Below are positions 52,923 through 64,000 of a DNA stretch of 64,000 nt, one piece after another. Under the pieces are notes generated by a model. That model was not told the origin of the DNA. It was given only the letters and a program-made list of their open reading frames with translations, and ran no database searches. The DNA comes from Octopus sinensis (Eukaryota), in assembly GCF_006345805.1 (NCBI RefSeq), contig NC_043002.1, forward strand, positions 20,708,001 through 20,772,000. Direction: 5' to 3'. The translations under genes were made by a program, and so were the position numbers. The stretch's first letter is position 1; each line of letters begins with the position of its first letter.

Positions 52923-53853
52923 ATGTATGTATATAAGCATATATGCTTCTATACGAGGCGTGGCACATGGGGCAAGTGTATTTTACTACAGCACCGAGCC
53001 GACCAAAGCCTTGTGAGTGGATTTGGTAGACGAAACTGAAAGAAGCCCGTCGTATATTTGTATTCATATACGTTGTGTATCTTTCCGTCTATGTCGGACC
53101 TCCAACCTAACCAGTATTGACGTGTTTACGTCCCAGTAACTTAGCTGTCCGGCAAAAGCGGTCAATAAATAAGTATCAGACTTTAAAAAAAAAAAAAAGT
53201 ATTGGGGTCGATTCATTCGACTAAATATTCTTCAGGTGATGCCCAGAATGTAAAAGAACACACACACACACACACACACCACACACCCACACACACACAC
53301 ACAACACACACATACACACACACACCACACACCACACACACCCACACCACACCCACAACCAACACGCACAAAGATATGATACGAGAAGTAACGTACCCAA
53401 ATATATATGGCCACGAAAGCCTTTCCACTAGTTTGAAATGAAGATCGAAGTAACCCACTTCACCGATATCTAGCAACTCATTATAATTCAATTACTTCTC
53501 TTTCCCAAGATACCGAGAGAAAGTTATGGAAGGGAAAATGTACACATAAATGCGCTTGTGTTTGTGCTTCCAAGGAGACAGAGAAAGACAGTGAAAGAGA
53601 GATAGGGAGAGAAAGAGAGAGAGAGAGAGGGGGGAGAGAGAAAGAAAGAGAGGAAGGGAGAAAAGGAAAGAAACAAAGAGTGAAAGAGAGATACAGATAC
53701 AGACAGACAGTGATTCAGACAGGCAAAAAGCTAAACGAAGCCCGATTCATTGTTGTACGATAATAAAATCGATTAAATCGATCCTATCTCAAGCAGTCAA
53801 AAAGTACCCTGTGGGGTTAACTGCGCAGCGACTAAAACATATATTTCCCCTAA

Positions 53854-53912
<59 letters not shown>

Positions 53913-54248
53913 ATGTATGTATATAAGCATATATGCTTCTATACGAGGCGTGGCACATGGGGCAAGTGTATTTTACTACAGCACCGAGCCGACCAAAGCC
54001 TTGTGAGTGGATTTGGTAGACGGAAACTGAAAGAAGCCCGTCGTATATTTGTATTCATATACGTGTGTATCTTTCCGTCTATGTCTGACCTCCAACCTAA
54101 CCAGTATTGACGTGTTTACGTCCCAGTAACTTAGCTGTCCGGCAAAAGCGGTCAATAGAATAAGTATCAGACTTTAAAAAAAAAAAAAAGTATTGGGGTC
54201 GATTCATTCGACTAAATATTCTTCAAGGTGATGCCCAGAATGTAAAAG

Positions 54249-54251
<3 letters not shown>
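52361..54251. repeat. Tandem duplication, period about 1001 bp, bounded by (CA)n
   Basis: 52361-53259 is almost identical to 53362-54251. Confidence 0.95.
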
Positions 54252-54323
<72 letters not shown>

Positions 54324-54842
54324 GGGTCGATGTAACGGACATAGCTACACCTGGGTAAGGGTATAAAAGCACTGCACTTGTTTGAAGGGCCTAGTCCATC
54401 ACACTGTCGAGCCAGTGTGACAGAGTAGGCTCATCAAGCCAGTACCATCTCAAGCTCAAATTCACAACCTCGACATCAGACCGAGGCTGGAGGAGGGAAC
54501 ATGCCGAGGCCATCGACTTGCAATGGACTGAACAGAAGCAATCCAATCCAATAGATGTGAGAGTCATATGTACACCTGCTTCTCTTGACAGACACACAAA
54601 GAAACCCTCACACACACGTACGCACATAAATAACGATACGAGTACACTTAACTATAAACTCGCTGCTATACGCGTAAATAAATACTCTTGCACATATACA
54701 TACATATACAGGTGTATATATACACACACATACATGCACACATATACACACATGTCTATTGAGAGCCAGGTGGCTTCCATTATTGTGTTTTCGGTTTTGT
54801 TGTTTCGGTATGTGCTCATTGCTGTGTGTATTTGTTTATATA

Positions 54843-54911
<69 letters not shown>

Positions 54912-54913
<2 letters not shown>

Positions 54914-55103
54914 GTATGTATACAATCCTACACATATATGTCCACAAACACACTTTTAAACAGGTAGACGCTTACACACACACACACACACATACACATA
55001 TACACACACACAGAGTTTACGTAGTCTAACATAAAAATATATGCGACGCTCAAACATATATTAGCTAACCCCCACACATGCACACACAGCAAGCACACAC
55101 ACA

Positions 55104-55137
<34 letters not shown>

Positions 55138-55498
55138 ACACTTCTGTGTGTGTGTGTGCGTGTGTGTGTGTGTGTACTTATAAAAACGAAAGTGTTGTTA
55201 AGTATTAGCCGTTGTGGGTCTTTCTTCTTTTCAAATTGTGCTGTCGGTGTAGCAGGTCCACCCCTATTCCCACTTTGAATACCACTCGGGGTCCTTCGAG
55301 TATTTCAGCAGTTTATTTTGTCGGTACATCTATCAAGCTGAAACGAATTACGAGTACTGCCTTAGGGAAGCTTTCAATAGGTCCATAGGGCTACGAGATA
55401 CCTTTGAGGGTGGTATTGTGTTTTTAATTGTTTGCGGCACCCATGTACATATACGTGTGTCACTATGCATGTATATGTGTGTGTGTGTTTTTATATAT

Positions 55499-55566
<68 letters not shown>

Positions 55567-56142
55567 ACAATCCTACACATATATGTCCACAAACACACTT
55601 TTAAACAGGTAGACGCTTACACACACACACACACACACACACATACACATATACACACACACAGAGTTTACGTAGTCTAACATAAAAATATATGCGACGC
55701 TCAAACATATATTAGCTAACCCCCACACACATGCACACACAGCAAGCACACACACACTCTCTCTCTCTCACACACACACACACACAAACACTTCTGTGTG
55801 TGTGTGTGCGTGTGTGTGTGTGTACTTATAAAAACGAAAGTGTTGTTAAGTATTAGCCGGTGTGGGTCTTTCTTCTTTTCAAATTGTGCTGTCGGGTGTA
55901 GCAGGTCCACCCCTATTCCCACTTTGAATACCACTCGGGGTCCTTCGAGTATTTCAGCAGTTTATTTTGTCGGTACATCTATCAAGCTGAAACGAATTAC
56001 GAGTACTGCCTTAGGGAAGCTTTCAATAGGTCCATAGGGCTACGAGATACCTTTGAGGGTGGTATTGTGTTTTTAATTGTTTGCGGCACCCATGTACATA
56101 TACGTGTGTCACTATGCATGTATATGTGTGTGTGTGTGTTTT

Positions 56143-56160
<18 letters not shown>
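54912..56160. repeat. Tandem duplication, period about 645 bp, bounded by (TA)n
   Basis: 54912-55500 is almost identical to 55557-56150. Confidence 0.95.
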
Positions 56161-56200
<40 letters not shown>

Positions 56201-56202
<2 letters not shown>

Positions 56203-57211
56203 GGTCATCCCATAGATAATGCAGTTTTTTCAATTGCATAAACTAAAAGTCGGAGGGGAAAGGGATAAACTACCTGCATCAACTTGCTATAAAAGCAGGT
56301 AGTAATTTTACCTTGAACTTATTCTTAGTGCAAGTTTTGAAGAGTGCAGTTCAATTTTAACAGTTATTTTTTCAAAGCTATAATGAAAGTAACAAAGAAG
56401 CATATTCGGCATATTTTGCTTTATGAGTTCAATAAAGGCAACAACACAATGGAAAATGTGAGGAATATTAATGCAGTATATGGGGATCGGACCAGTGTTA
56501 ACGGTGGTTCCAGAAATTCCGAGCCGGAAACTACAGCCTAGAATATGAGCCTCGTCCTGGAAGATCTGTAGAGCCCGACGAGAAAGTCTTATCATGGGAA
56601 AACAAAAACCCATCGTAACTGCAGAGGAATTAGCAGAAAAGCTTGGATTCGGTCATCGATACCTGTGTGCGATCGGAAAAATTAGCAAATTGGATCAATG
56701 GGTTCCTCACAAAGTTTCCGAGTCTAATCACGCGCAGTGAGTGAATGTGTGTTCTTCTTTGCAGTCACGTCTCACGAATGAACCATTTTTTGGACTGAAG
56801 AGTGCCTGGTGACGAGAAATGGGTTCTCTATAAAAATGTCAAGCGTCGAAGACAGTGCGTAGGGAAAAGAGAAAAACCGGCACCCCAGGCTAAAGAAGGT
56901 CTTCACCCACGTAAGGTGTTGTTATCTGTTTGGTGGGATATGAAAGATTTGGTCCACTTTGAACTTTTAAACCCAAGCTAAATGATATCAAAGGAGATCT
57001 GCGAGCAGCTTGAGCGGCTTAAGTCAGCGCTAGAAGAAAACGACCATCTTTGGTTTCAAGACGAAAGGTATTCTTCCATCAGGATAATGCTCGGCCACAT
57101 ATAGCAAGGATGACATTCCAAAGGCTGGAGCAGTTTGAATGGGAAACGATGCTCCACCATCCATATTCACCGGACATTGCCCTATCTGATTATCATTTAT
57201 TCCGCAGTCTT
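56201..57211 (+). mobile_element. mariner (DD34D) transposon, 3'-truncated and inactivated
   Basis: ATG at 56383 gives MKVTKKHIRHILLYEFNKG; later motifs are WVPHK, GDEKWVLYKN, LHPRKVLLSVWWD and HQDNARPH...HPYSPDIALSDYHLFRSL, with 34 residues between the second and third D. It has stops and frameshifts. TA lies at 56199-56200, and no right TIR was found. Confidence 0.92.
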
Positions 57212-57396
57212 CACGGACTCAGCAACGTTAGCTTGCACTTAACTGTTGTATCTCCTTCATGCAGAAAGCAGCCAATGGAAATTTTCTTATAACAATATAT
57301 ATTTATGTATAGGTGAAAGCATGGGTGTGTGCTTTAAAAGTTCGATTCGCAGTCAGGGAAGGGTTCATTCATATTGCCCTGATCGATTGTTTTCCG

Positions 57397-57666
57397 CTAT
57401 ATATATATATATAGAATAGAGATGTGTGCGTATTCACTTTTCAGGCGAAAATGGCTTCACCAATTGCTTTCTTACTTCTGATTCACGAATAATTTGATTT
57501 CGGACAAATAATAGGCTGTTCATTTGATTTTTTAATTAAAAATTATTAAAAATAAAAAGAATATTACTTTTTATATTACATTCACGTCTTTGAAAGTTTT
57601 AAAAATATTGACTTCCTTTTTTCTAGCGTCAGTGACGTAACATATCACTTTATGTATATCTCTCTA

Positions 57667-57721
<55 letters not shown>

Positions 57722-59038
57722 GTAACATATCTCTCTATCTATATCTCTTGTTTTCACTTTCATTTTTCGGATGCTATTCTTTTCACTTTCAATTTTGATA
57801 CGCAATTGTTTAACTTCCATGTTACGATTTTCACCAAGTTTTCAATCCCTATTTGCAAACAACGACAAATTACTGACAGAAAGAAGTTCACAATTACTGA
57901 TGTAAGTAATTTCATAATTTACTGACAGAACTATCTTCATAAATTTCATTTCAATCCGTATGGTTTTGTGTTGTAGAAGTGTAAAGTATAATTTGTTACA
58001 TAATCTCCATACTAAACATGATATTGAATGGAATAAGTCCCCGTTTGAACTTTTTTTTTTAATTACGTGCGAGTGTGTATGTGTGAGTGTGTATGTGTGT
58101 GTGTGTGTTATGCAGATGACACTATAGTTTCCACTGGTGCAATGACAACTGAGTGTATACATTGTAAAGCAAGGAAGTGGCCTAGAGAGACATCTGCATT
58201 GTACTGCAGTGGTGGAAAGGTTAAACTCCCTGCAATCCACCAACCTCCAGAGTCACTGAAGAAACTGTTGTCATCAACTGACTAAGATTCCAAGCACTTC
58301 CAAAACAAAATTAGACAGTACAATGCTGCACTACAGATGACATCATCTGGAGCCACAAGAGATATAACTGAGCCAGGATTGATGCAAATTTTCAAGGTCC
58401 AAGGTCAGATTTATCATCGGATTGGCTCTCTGCTACCTCTGTCAAATGAATCACCAAAATTCCTTCAAATATATTTTATAGGGGATTCTCAACAAGAAGG
58501 GCAAGAGAGGTACAAGAACATTTCCGGCATCAGGATGAACAATGTAGTGTCTCTGCAAATGATGCCATGTAACAGCAACAACCTGATCAGAAGCTTCAAG
58601 ACTGCACTTGAAACAATTCCACCTGGCTCCATGGATTACAAAGCAGTTATCAGGTCAGACAAGAAACCATCTAGTTAACATGTAGGGAGGTTTAATGCGC
58701 CAACAGCAAAGGAAATAGCTGTGCTTTTGCTTGGGCAAGAACATGACAAGCAGGACATTGTCCTCCATCTCAGAGAAAGCACCTTGACAGACACAGTCCA
58801 ACTACAAATGTACCTGTTTTTTGGTTACGGAATAAGTTAGACAAACATGTGACTATATACATATATGAGTTGAAAACTCTCTTTTCACATTTCACTTAAC
58901 GTCTATGTTCCATGCTGGCTAGGGTCACAGAGTTACGTAGAAAGATGGTATCTTAGCTACTAGTAGTTGAGACCTGCGTAATCTAGACGGCGTTTTTAAA
59001 TTTCATTAGTTCCGGGCAACGTTGGGTATTTCTACTAG
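57397..59038 (+). mobile_element. Internally deleted Helitron
   Basis: The 3' end is CCGGGCAACGTTGGG (degenerate hairpin)...CTAG|T at 59035-59039. The putative 5' end near 57397 (CTATATATA...GAAAATGGCTTCACCAATT) is less certain. It contains a RepHel N-terminal remnant. Confidence 0.6.
58133..58830 (+). pseudogene. Helitron RepHel N-terminal region remnant
   Basis: GAMTTECIHCKARKWPRE...YCSGGKVKLP...IRQYNAALQMTSSG...FKVQGQIYHRIGSLLP...PKFLQIYFI...RFNAPTAKEIAVLL, with in-frame stops in one frame. An LQMYLFFGYG remnant follows a deletion. Confidence 0.88.
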
Positions 59039-59074
59039 TGTGTGTGTGTCTGTGTGTCTGTGTGTGTGTGTGTG

Positions 59075-59485
59075 TGTATGGCTGTGTGGTAAGAAGCTTG
59101 CTTCCCAAACACATAGTTCCAGGTTCAGTCTCACTGCGTAACACCTTGAGCAAGTGTCATCTGCTATAGCCTCGGGCCGATCAAAACCTTGTGAGTAGAT
59201 TTGGTAGACAGAAACTGAAAGAAACTTGTCATCATCATCATCATCATCATCGTTTAACGTCCATATATATATACGTGTGTGTGTGTGTGTGTGTTTGTCC
59301 CCACCTCCCACGACTTTTGGCTTGTTTAAGTTTCTGTAACTTAGCGGTTCAAGTTCGTCAGAATAAGTACCGGATTTAAAGATAGAAAGTAAGTCCTGGG
59401 GTCGATTTGTTTGACTGAAAAACTTTCAAGAAGGTGTCTCCAGTATTGGCGGCGACCCAACGACTTAGACAAGTAAAAGATAAAG
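59075..59485 (+). mobile_element. Family B SINE copy (diverged)
   Basis: Head, internal (CAT)/(TA)/(TG) tract and degenerate 3' module are present. Confidence 0.72.
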
Positions 59486-60689
59486 GCTACGTCCACAAAT
59501 TAAAAAGTGTATTGTGTGCACAAATAATTAATTCATAACCTATTTATGGAGATTGATTAAGCGTTGCAATTATCAATGATTAATATGTTTAATTTAGCAT
59601 AGTCTATTTGTTATAAATGATTTTATGCACTGATAATATTTGGAAACAGAGATTCAAGGTGAAGCGTTATAGAATTAGGGCGAATTCTACTGGATTTCAC
59701 CTTGAAATCCTATTTTTTTAAACTATTTGTGCGTTAAATAATTTTGATAAATAGAGTGTGCAAAGAAGGCCAATTATTCAAGCGAATAATATATAAATCT
59801 TTATAATTCTGGCACAAGCCCAGAAATTTTTGTGGAGGGTAAGTCGATGGTGTCGACCCTAGTATCCAACTTGTACTTATTTTATCGATCATTGAAAAGA
59901 AAGGATGAAAGGCAAAGTTAACCTCAGTCGACCTTTTAACTTGAACGTAAAGCTTGAAGAAATATTGCTAAGCGCTCTGTTCGGTGCAGTAACGACTCTG
60001 CTAGCTCACCGCTCTCGAGCGGGTAATTTAATATGCATAACTCAAAGTTTGCAACACCACTACATCACATATGAAAAATGACATCGCTTGAATTGCAGCC
60101 ATTTTCGGCTTCGCACGCCCGTGCTCTTTCCAAAACTTGCACCATAACGCCCTCAAGAGTTTCAGACTCCACTTCTCTAATTTCTCTTTTGATGTTCTCC
60201 TTCAGTTTCGTTACGTTCTGAGTTCAAATTTCGTCGAGGTCGACCTTGCCTTTCATCCTTTCGGGCTCAATGATATTAATACCAGTTATGCACTTGGGTT
60301 GATGTAATCGACTAAATCCCTTCCCCTGTGCTTCCAGTAGAAAGGATTATATACATAATTATGTATATACATATGTAATACATATATATATATTTCTTTA
60401 TATTGAGTGCAAATTAAGAGAGATTACTCAAAGTGGCCAGAGATAGCGAAGACTTCTCCGTATTTGGAATCGCTCCCTATTGCCACAAAGCGATTGTTGT
60501 ACTTTATCTAGAAACGGGATTAATTCCGATAAATTCAAGAATTTAATCTGTAAGATATTTAATAACGTACTCTGCGCACGTGAAGTAATATTTGCTTCAA
60601 GTCTTCGACCGTGGACTGAATCTGTAATACATAATAATCCTTTCTACTAAAGGATTAATATGTATTATTTCTACTAAAGACACACCTTT

Positions 60690-61295
60690 TGGGTGAGTGG
60701 GATAGTTGATTACATCTACTCCAGTGTTCGACTGGTACTTTTTCATCGACCCCTAAAGGATAAAAGGCAAAATCGACCTCGGTGCGATTTGAACTCAGAA
60801 TGTAAAGACGGGTGAAATGCTACTGAGGATTCTGTCTGACACGGTAACGATTCAGCCAACTCACCGCCTTAATGCAATACATAGTAATAATCCTTTCTAC
60901 TAAAGACACAAGGCCTGAAATTTGGTGGGGGTGGGTGGGACTAGTTGATTACATCGACCCCAATGTGAAACTGGTACTTAATTTATCGAGTCCGAAAAGA
61001 TGAAAGGTAAAGTCGACCTCGGCGGGATTTGAATTCAGAACGTAGCGACGAGCGAAATACATATTTTGTTACTACCCACAAGGGGCTAAACACAGAAGGG
61101 ACAAACAAAGACAGACAAAGTTATTAAGTCAGTTATATCGACCCCAGTGCGTAACTGGTACTTATTTAATCGACCCCGAACGGATGAAAGGCAAAGTCGG
61201 CCTCGGCGGAATTTGATCTCAGAATGTAAAGACAGACGAAATACGGCTACGCATTTCGCCCGGCGTGCTTACGTTTCTGCCAGCTCGCCGCCTTA
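60690..61295 (-). mobile_element. Cluster of family A SINE units in tandem
   Basis: Three successive copies of the AAAGGATGAAAGGCAAAGTCGACCTCGG core in the same orientation. Confidence 0.75.
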
Positions 61296-61776
61296 GTGCA
61301 ATGTATAACAATTAATCTTAATCCGCCGGGTTCGACTTTGCTTTCATTCTCACATGGTGAATAAAATACCACCAACTGAGCACCGAAGGTCGATGTATTC
61401 GACTTCCCCACTTCCCTGAAATTGCTGGCTTTGTGCCAAAATTTGAAATCAATAATAATCTCGATGGTAGCTTGTTCTCTTGTTCTAATATCGTTCACAC
61501 ACGCCGAGTGATTAATTTTTATTCTTTGTTGAAGTCATCAGGGAAGGATACAATGAAAGTCACACAATCTTTTATGGCTTCTGATATGATTCAGAGGCCT
61601 TTTGCACGCGTAAATAAATGCATTCAATTTATGTTTTACGTAAATTAATGTAACTGTTTGCACTGTAAATGTTTGCCCTGATTGTGATGATGGGTGGGGA
61701 AGTGCTTGTCCTCTTACACCCACAGGCATATATATATATATACACACATATATATATATACGTACATATATATGTA

Positions 61777-61831
<55 letters not shown>

Positions 61832-62109
61832 ATTTTATATGTGTGTATTTTTATATATATGTATGTGTATTTAGGAACACATGAGTATATGTGTATGTAT
61901 ATATACATACATATGTATCTATGTATTAACGCACGCGCACATGCATATATGTCCAATGTATATTTATGTACTTGCCTATTTTGTTTGTACGTGCACATGT
62001 GTTCGTGTGTCGGGGGTACCTCTATTTGTTCTTACGACATCCAACTGTAAACTGATCTTAGTTCACTTAGCAATGATTCACGCATGCATTTATTGTGAAG
62101 ATGGTAAGA

Positions 62110-62189
62110 TTTCCTTTCTTTCTTTCTTGCTTGCTTCCCTTCTTTCTTTCTTTTCCTTCTTTCTTTCTTTCTTACTTACTTTCTTTTTT

Positions 62190-62229
<40 letters not shown>

Positions 62230-62347
62230 TTTCTTTTCTTTTTTCTTTCTTTCTTTTTTCTTTCTTTCTTTCTTTTTTGCTTATTTCTTTCTTTTTTCTT
62301 TTCTTTTCTTCTTTCTTTCTTTCTTTTTTCTTTCTTTCTTTTTTTCT

Positions 62348-62379
<32 letters not shown>

Positions 62380-62394
62380 TCGTTCTTTCCTTTT

Positions 62395-62434
<40 letters not shown>

Positions 62435-62572
62435 TTGCTTTCTTTCTTTCTGTCTTTCTTTTTTCTTTCTTTCTTTCTTTCTTTTTCTTTCCGGTTTTCT
62501 TTCTTTTTTCTTTCTTTCTTTCCTTCTTTCCTTCTTTTTTCTTCCCCTTTCCTTCTTTTTTCTTCCCCTTTC

Positions 62573-62615
<43 letters not shown>

Positions 62616-62620
62616 TCACT
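62110..62620. repeat. Degenerate (TTTC)n tract
   Basis: Directly visible; it explains the F/S/L-rich and K/E/R-rich ORFs. Confidence 0.95.
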
Positions 62621-62914
62621 CCTCCCCCGGTCTTTCTGCACACGCTAACTCGTTCCCAACTTACAAAATAGTGAGTTTGTGTGTGTATGTGTGTGTGTGT
62701 GCTCGCGCGTGTTCCCGTACGTGTGTCTGAGAGGATATTAACGAATATATGAAATAAAAGGAAAAATTAGCTTAGTCATCATCATCATCATCATCATCAT
62801 CACTGCAACTTCCGCTGCTGCCGCCTTAGCCACCTCCACCACTAAAGCTACAGTCACCAGAATCTTTAGAGCGCCGGAAAAATGCTTTGCAATCTTTCCT
62901 TTTTAGCTAGGGCG

Positions 62915-63340
62915 GAGAACTGGCAGAAATGTTAGCACGCCGGGCGAAATGCTAAGCTGTATTTCGTCTGCCGTTACGTTCTGAGTTCAAATTCCACCGA
63001 GATCGACTTTGCCTTTCATCCTTTCGGGGTCGATAAATTAAGTACCAGATACGCACTGGGATCAATGTAATCGACTTAATCCCTTTGTCTGTCCTTGTTT
63101 GTCTCCTCTATGTTTAGCCTCTTGTCGGCAATAAAGAAATAAGAAACGTTAGTACACCGGGCGAAATGCTTAGCGGCATTTCGTCCGTCTTTACGTTCCG
63201 ACTTCAGATTCTGTCGAGGTCGACTTAACCTTTCATCCCTTCGAGATCAATAAAATAAATACCAGTTGGGTACTGGGGTCGATGTAATCGACCGACCCTC
63301 TCCCCTGAACCTGCTGACCTTGTGCCAAAATTTGACACCA
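62915..63340 (+). mobile_element. Family A SINE tandem units
   Basis: A full unit followed by a second unit that begins inside the tRNA-like head. Confidence 0.75.
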
Positions 63341-64000
63341 ATATTTCTTTTGGCTCTATGTTCTGATTTCAAATCACGTCGGTTTCGACTTTGTTTTTAC
63401 TCTTCAGTCTCTCTCATCTCATAGCAACGTCAGACCACGAATTTCTTAAACTTATCCATAAACCCGTGCCGAAAGTCCAACGGAACAAGTCTACCAGGTG
63501 ATTCTTGTCGACGCCCAGATTTGTTCCAACACTGCTTTCTCCCATCAGACCTCGATAGAATGCTAACGTATGGTAATGGTCTGTAAGTTCCCAACAACAT
63601 TCTAGGCACCTTGGTCCAAGACAGCAGCTCCGTCAAAGAAACGTGCTGTAGGAAAAAGCATCTGATAAAGAGCTTGTGTATTTGCTTACCATCCAGGAAC
63701 CTTTGCAGATGCCCAAAACTCATCATACCGAGTTCTCTGTGCAGAGACTGATGGCAGCTTTTACATCACCTGATCAGTGGAAAGAGTCTCTTCTATAAGA
63801 ATTAAAAGCGTAGATACTCCAATATGGTCTGAGAAAAATAACCAAAAAACTCAAGCATGACGACACGGCTCTTCATGTGCCGAACTGCAAGTCCGTCAAC
63901 CTGTCTGGCTTAGTCTTTGCCCCTGTCACTATTTCGCATTTTTTAATATGGTGCCGACAACTTTGGATTTATCATGTTCGATACTTATACGGTAGGTAAC

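Noticed and set aside
54330-54530. TGTAAC start plus TATAAAA, suggesting a solo LTR or promoter
   Set aside because: No matching CA end with TSD and no second LTR; insufficient support.
55716-56037. Protein-like reading within the duplicated unit (…EGPRVVFKVGIGVDLLHPTAQFEKKKDPH…)
   Set aside because: It is interrupted by stops, with no convincing splice sites and no recognised domain.
61881-62730. 255-aa F/S/L-rich and 183-aa K/E/R-rich ORFs
   Set aside because: They are translations of a degenerate (TTTC)n tract.
63430-63990. 98-aa ORF and GC-richer, coding-like stretch at the window end
   Set aside because: There are stops in all extended frames and no motif I can recognise; probably a decayed repeat. 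A BLASTX search would be needed.

Overview
Repeat-dominated animal genomic DNA, most likely an octopod cephalopod (inferred from the SINE families and microsatellite load; no taxonomic search was run). It is not prokaryotic: no operons, CRISPR arrays or rRNA were seen. Only one host coding exon is well supported: a minus-strand exon (8458-8161) encoding a signal peptide and a somatomedin-B domain, most like SBSPON/RPE-spondin. It ends at a GTGAGT donor, and I could not locate its downstream exons in 1-8160. The rest is intronic or upstream DNA packed with tRNA-derived SINEs of several families, decayed DNA transposons (DD37D maT, DD34D mariner, Helitron, hAT-like), TSD-flanked MITEs, Penelope-like fragments, long microsatellites and several local duplications. 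Almost all ORFs in the supplied track are artefacts of these repeats. The most interesting signal is a set of six minimal hammerhead-ribozyme-like motifs, all on the minus strand, in three short element families. One sits downstream of a tRNA-like Pol III promoter and next to a Penelope reverse-transcriptase fragment (48290-48770).
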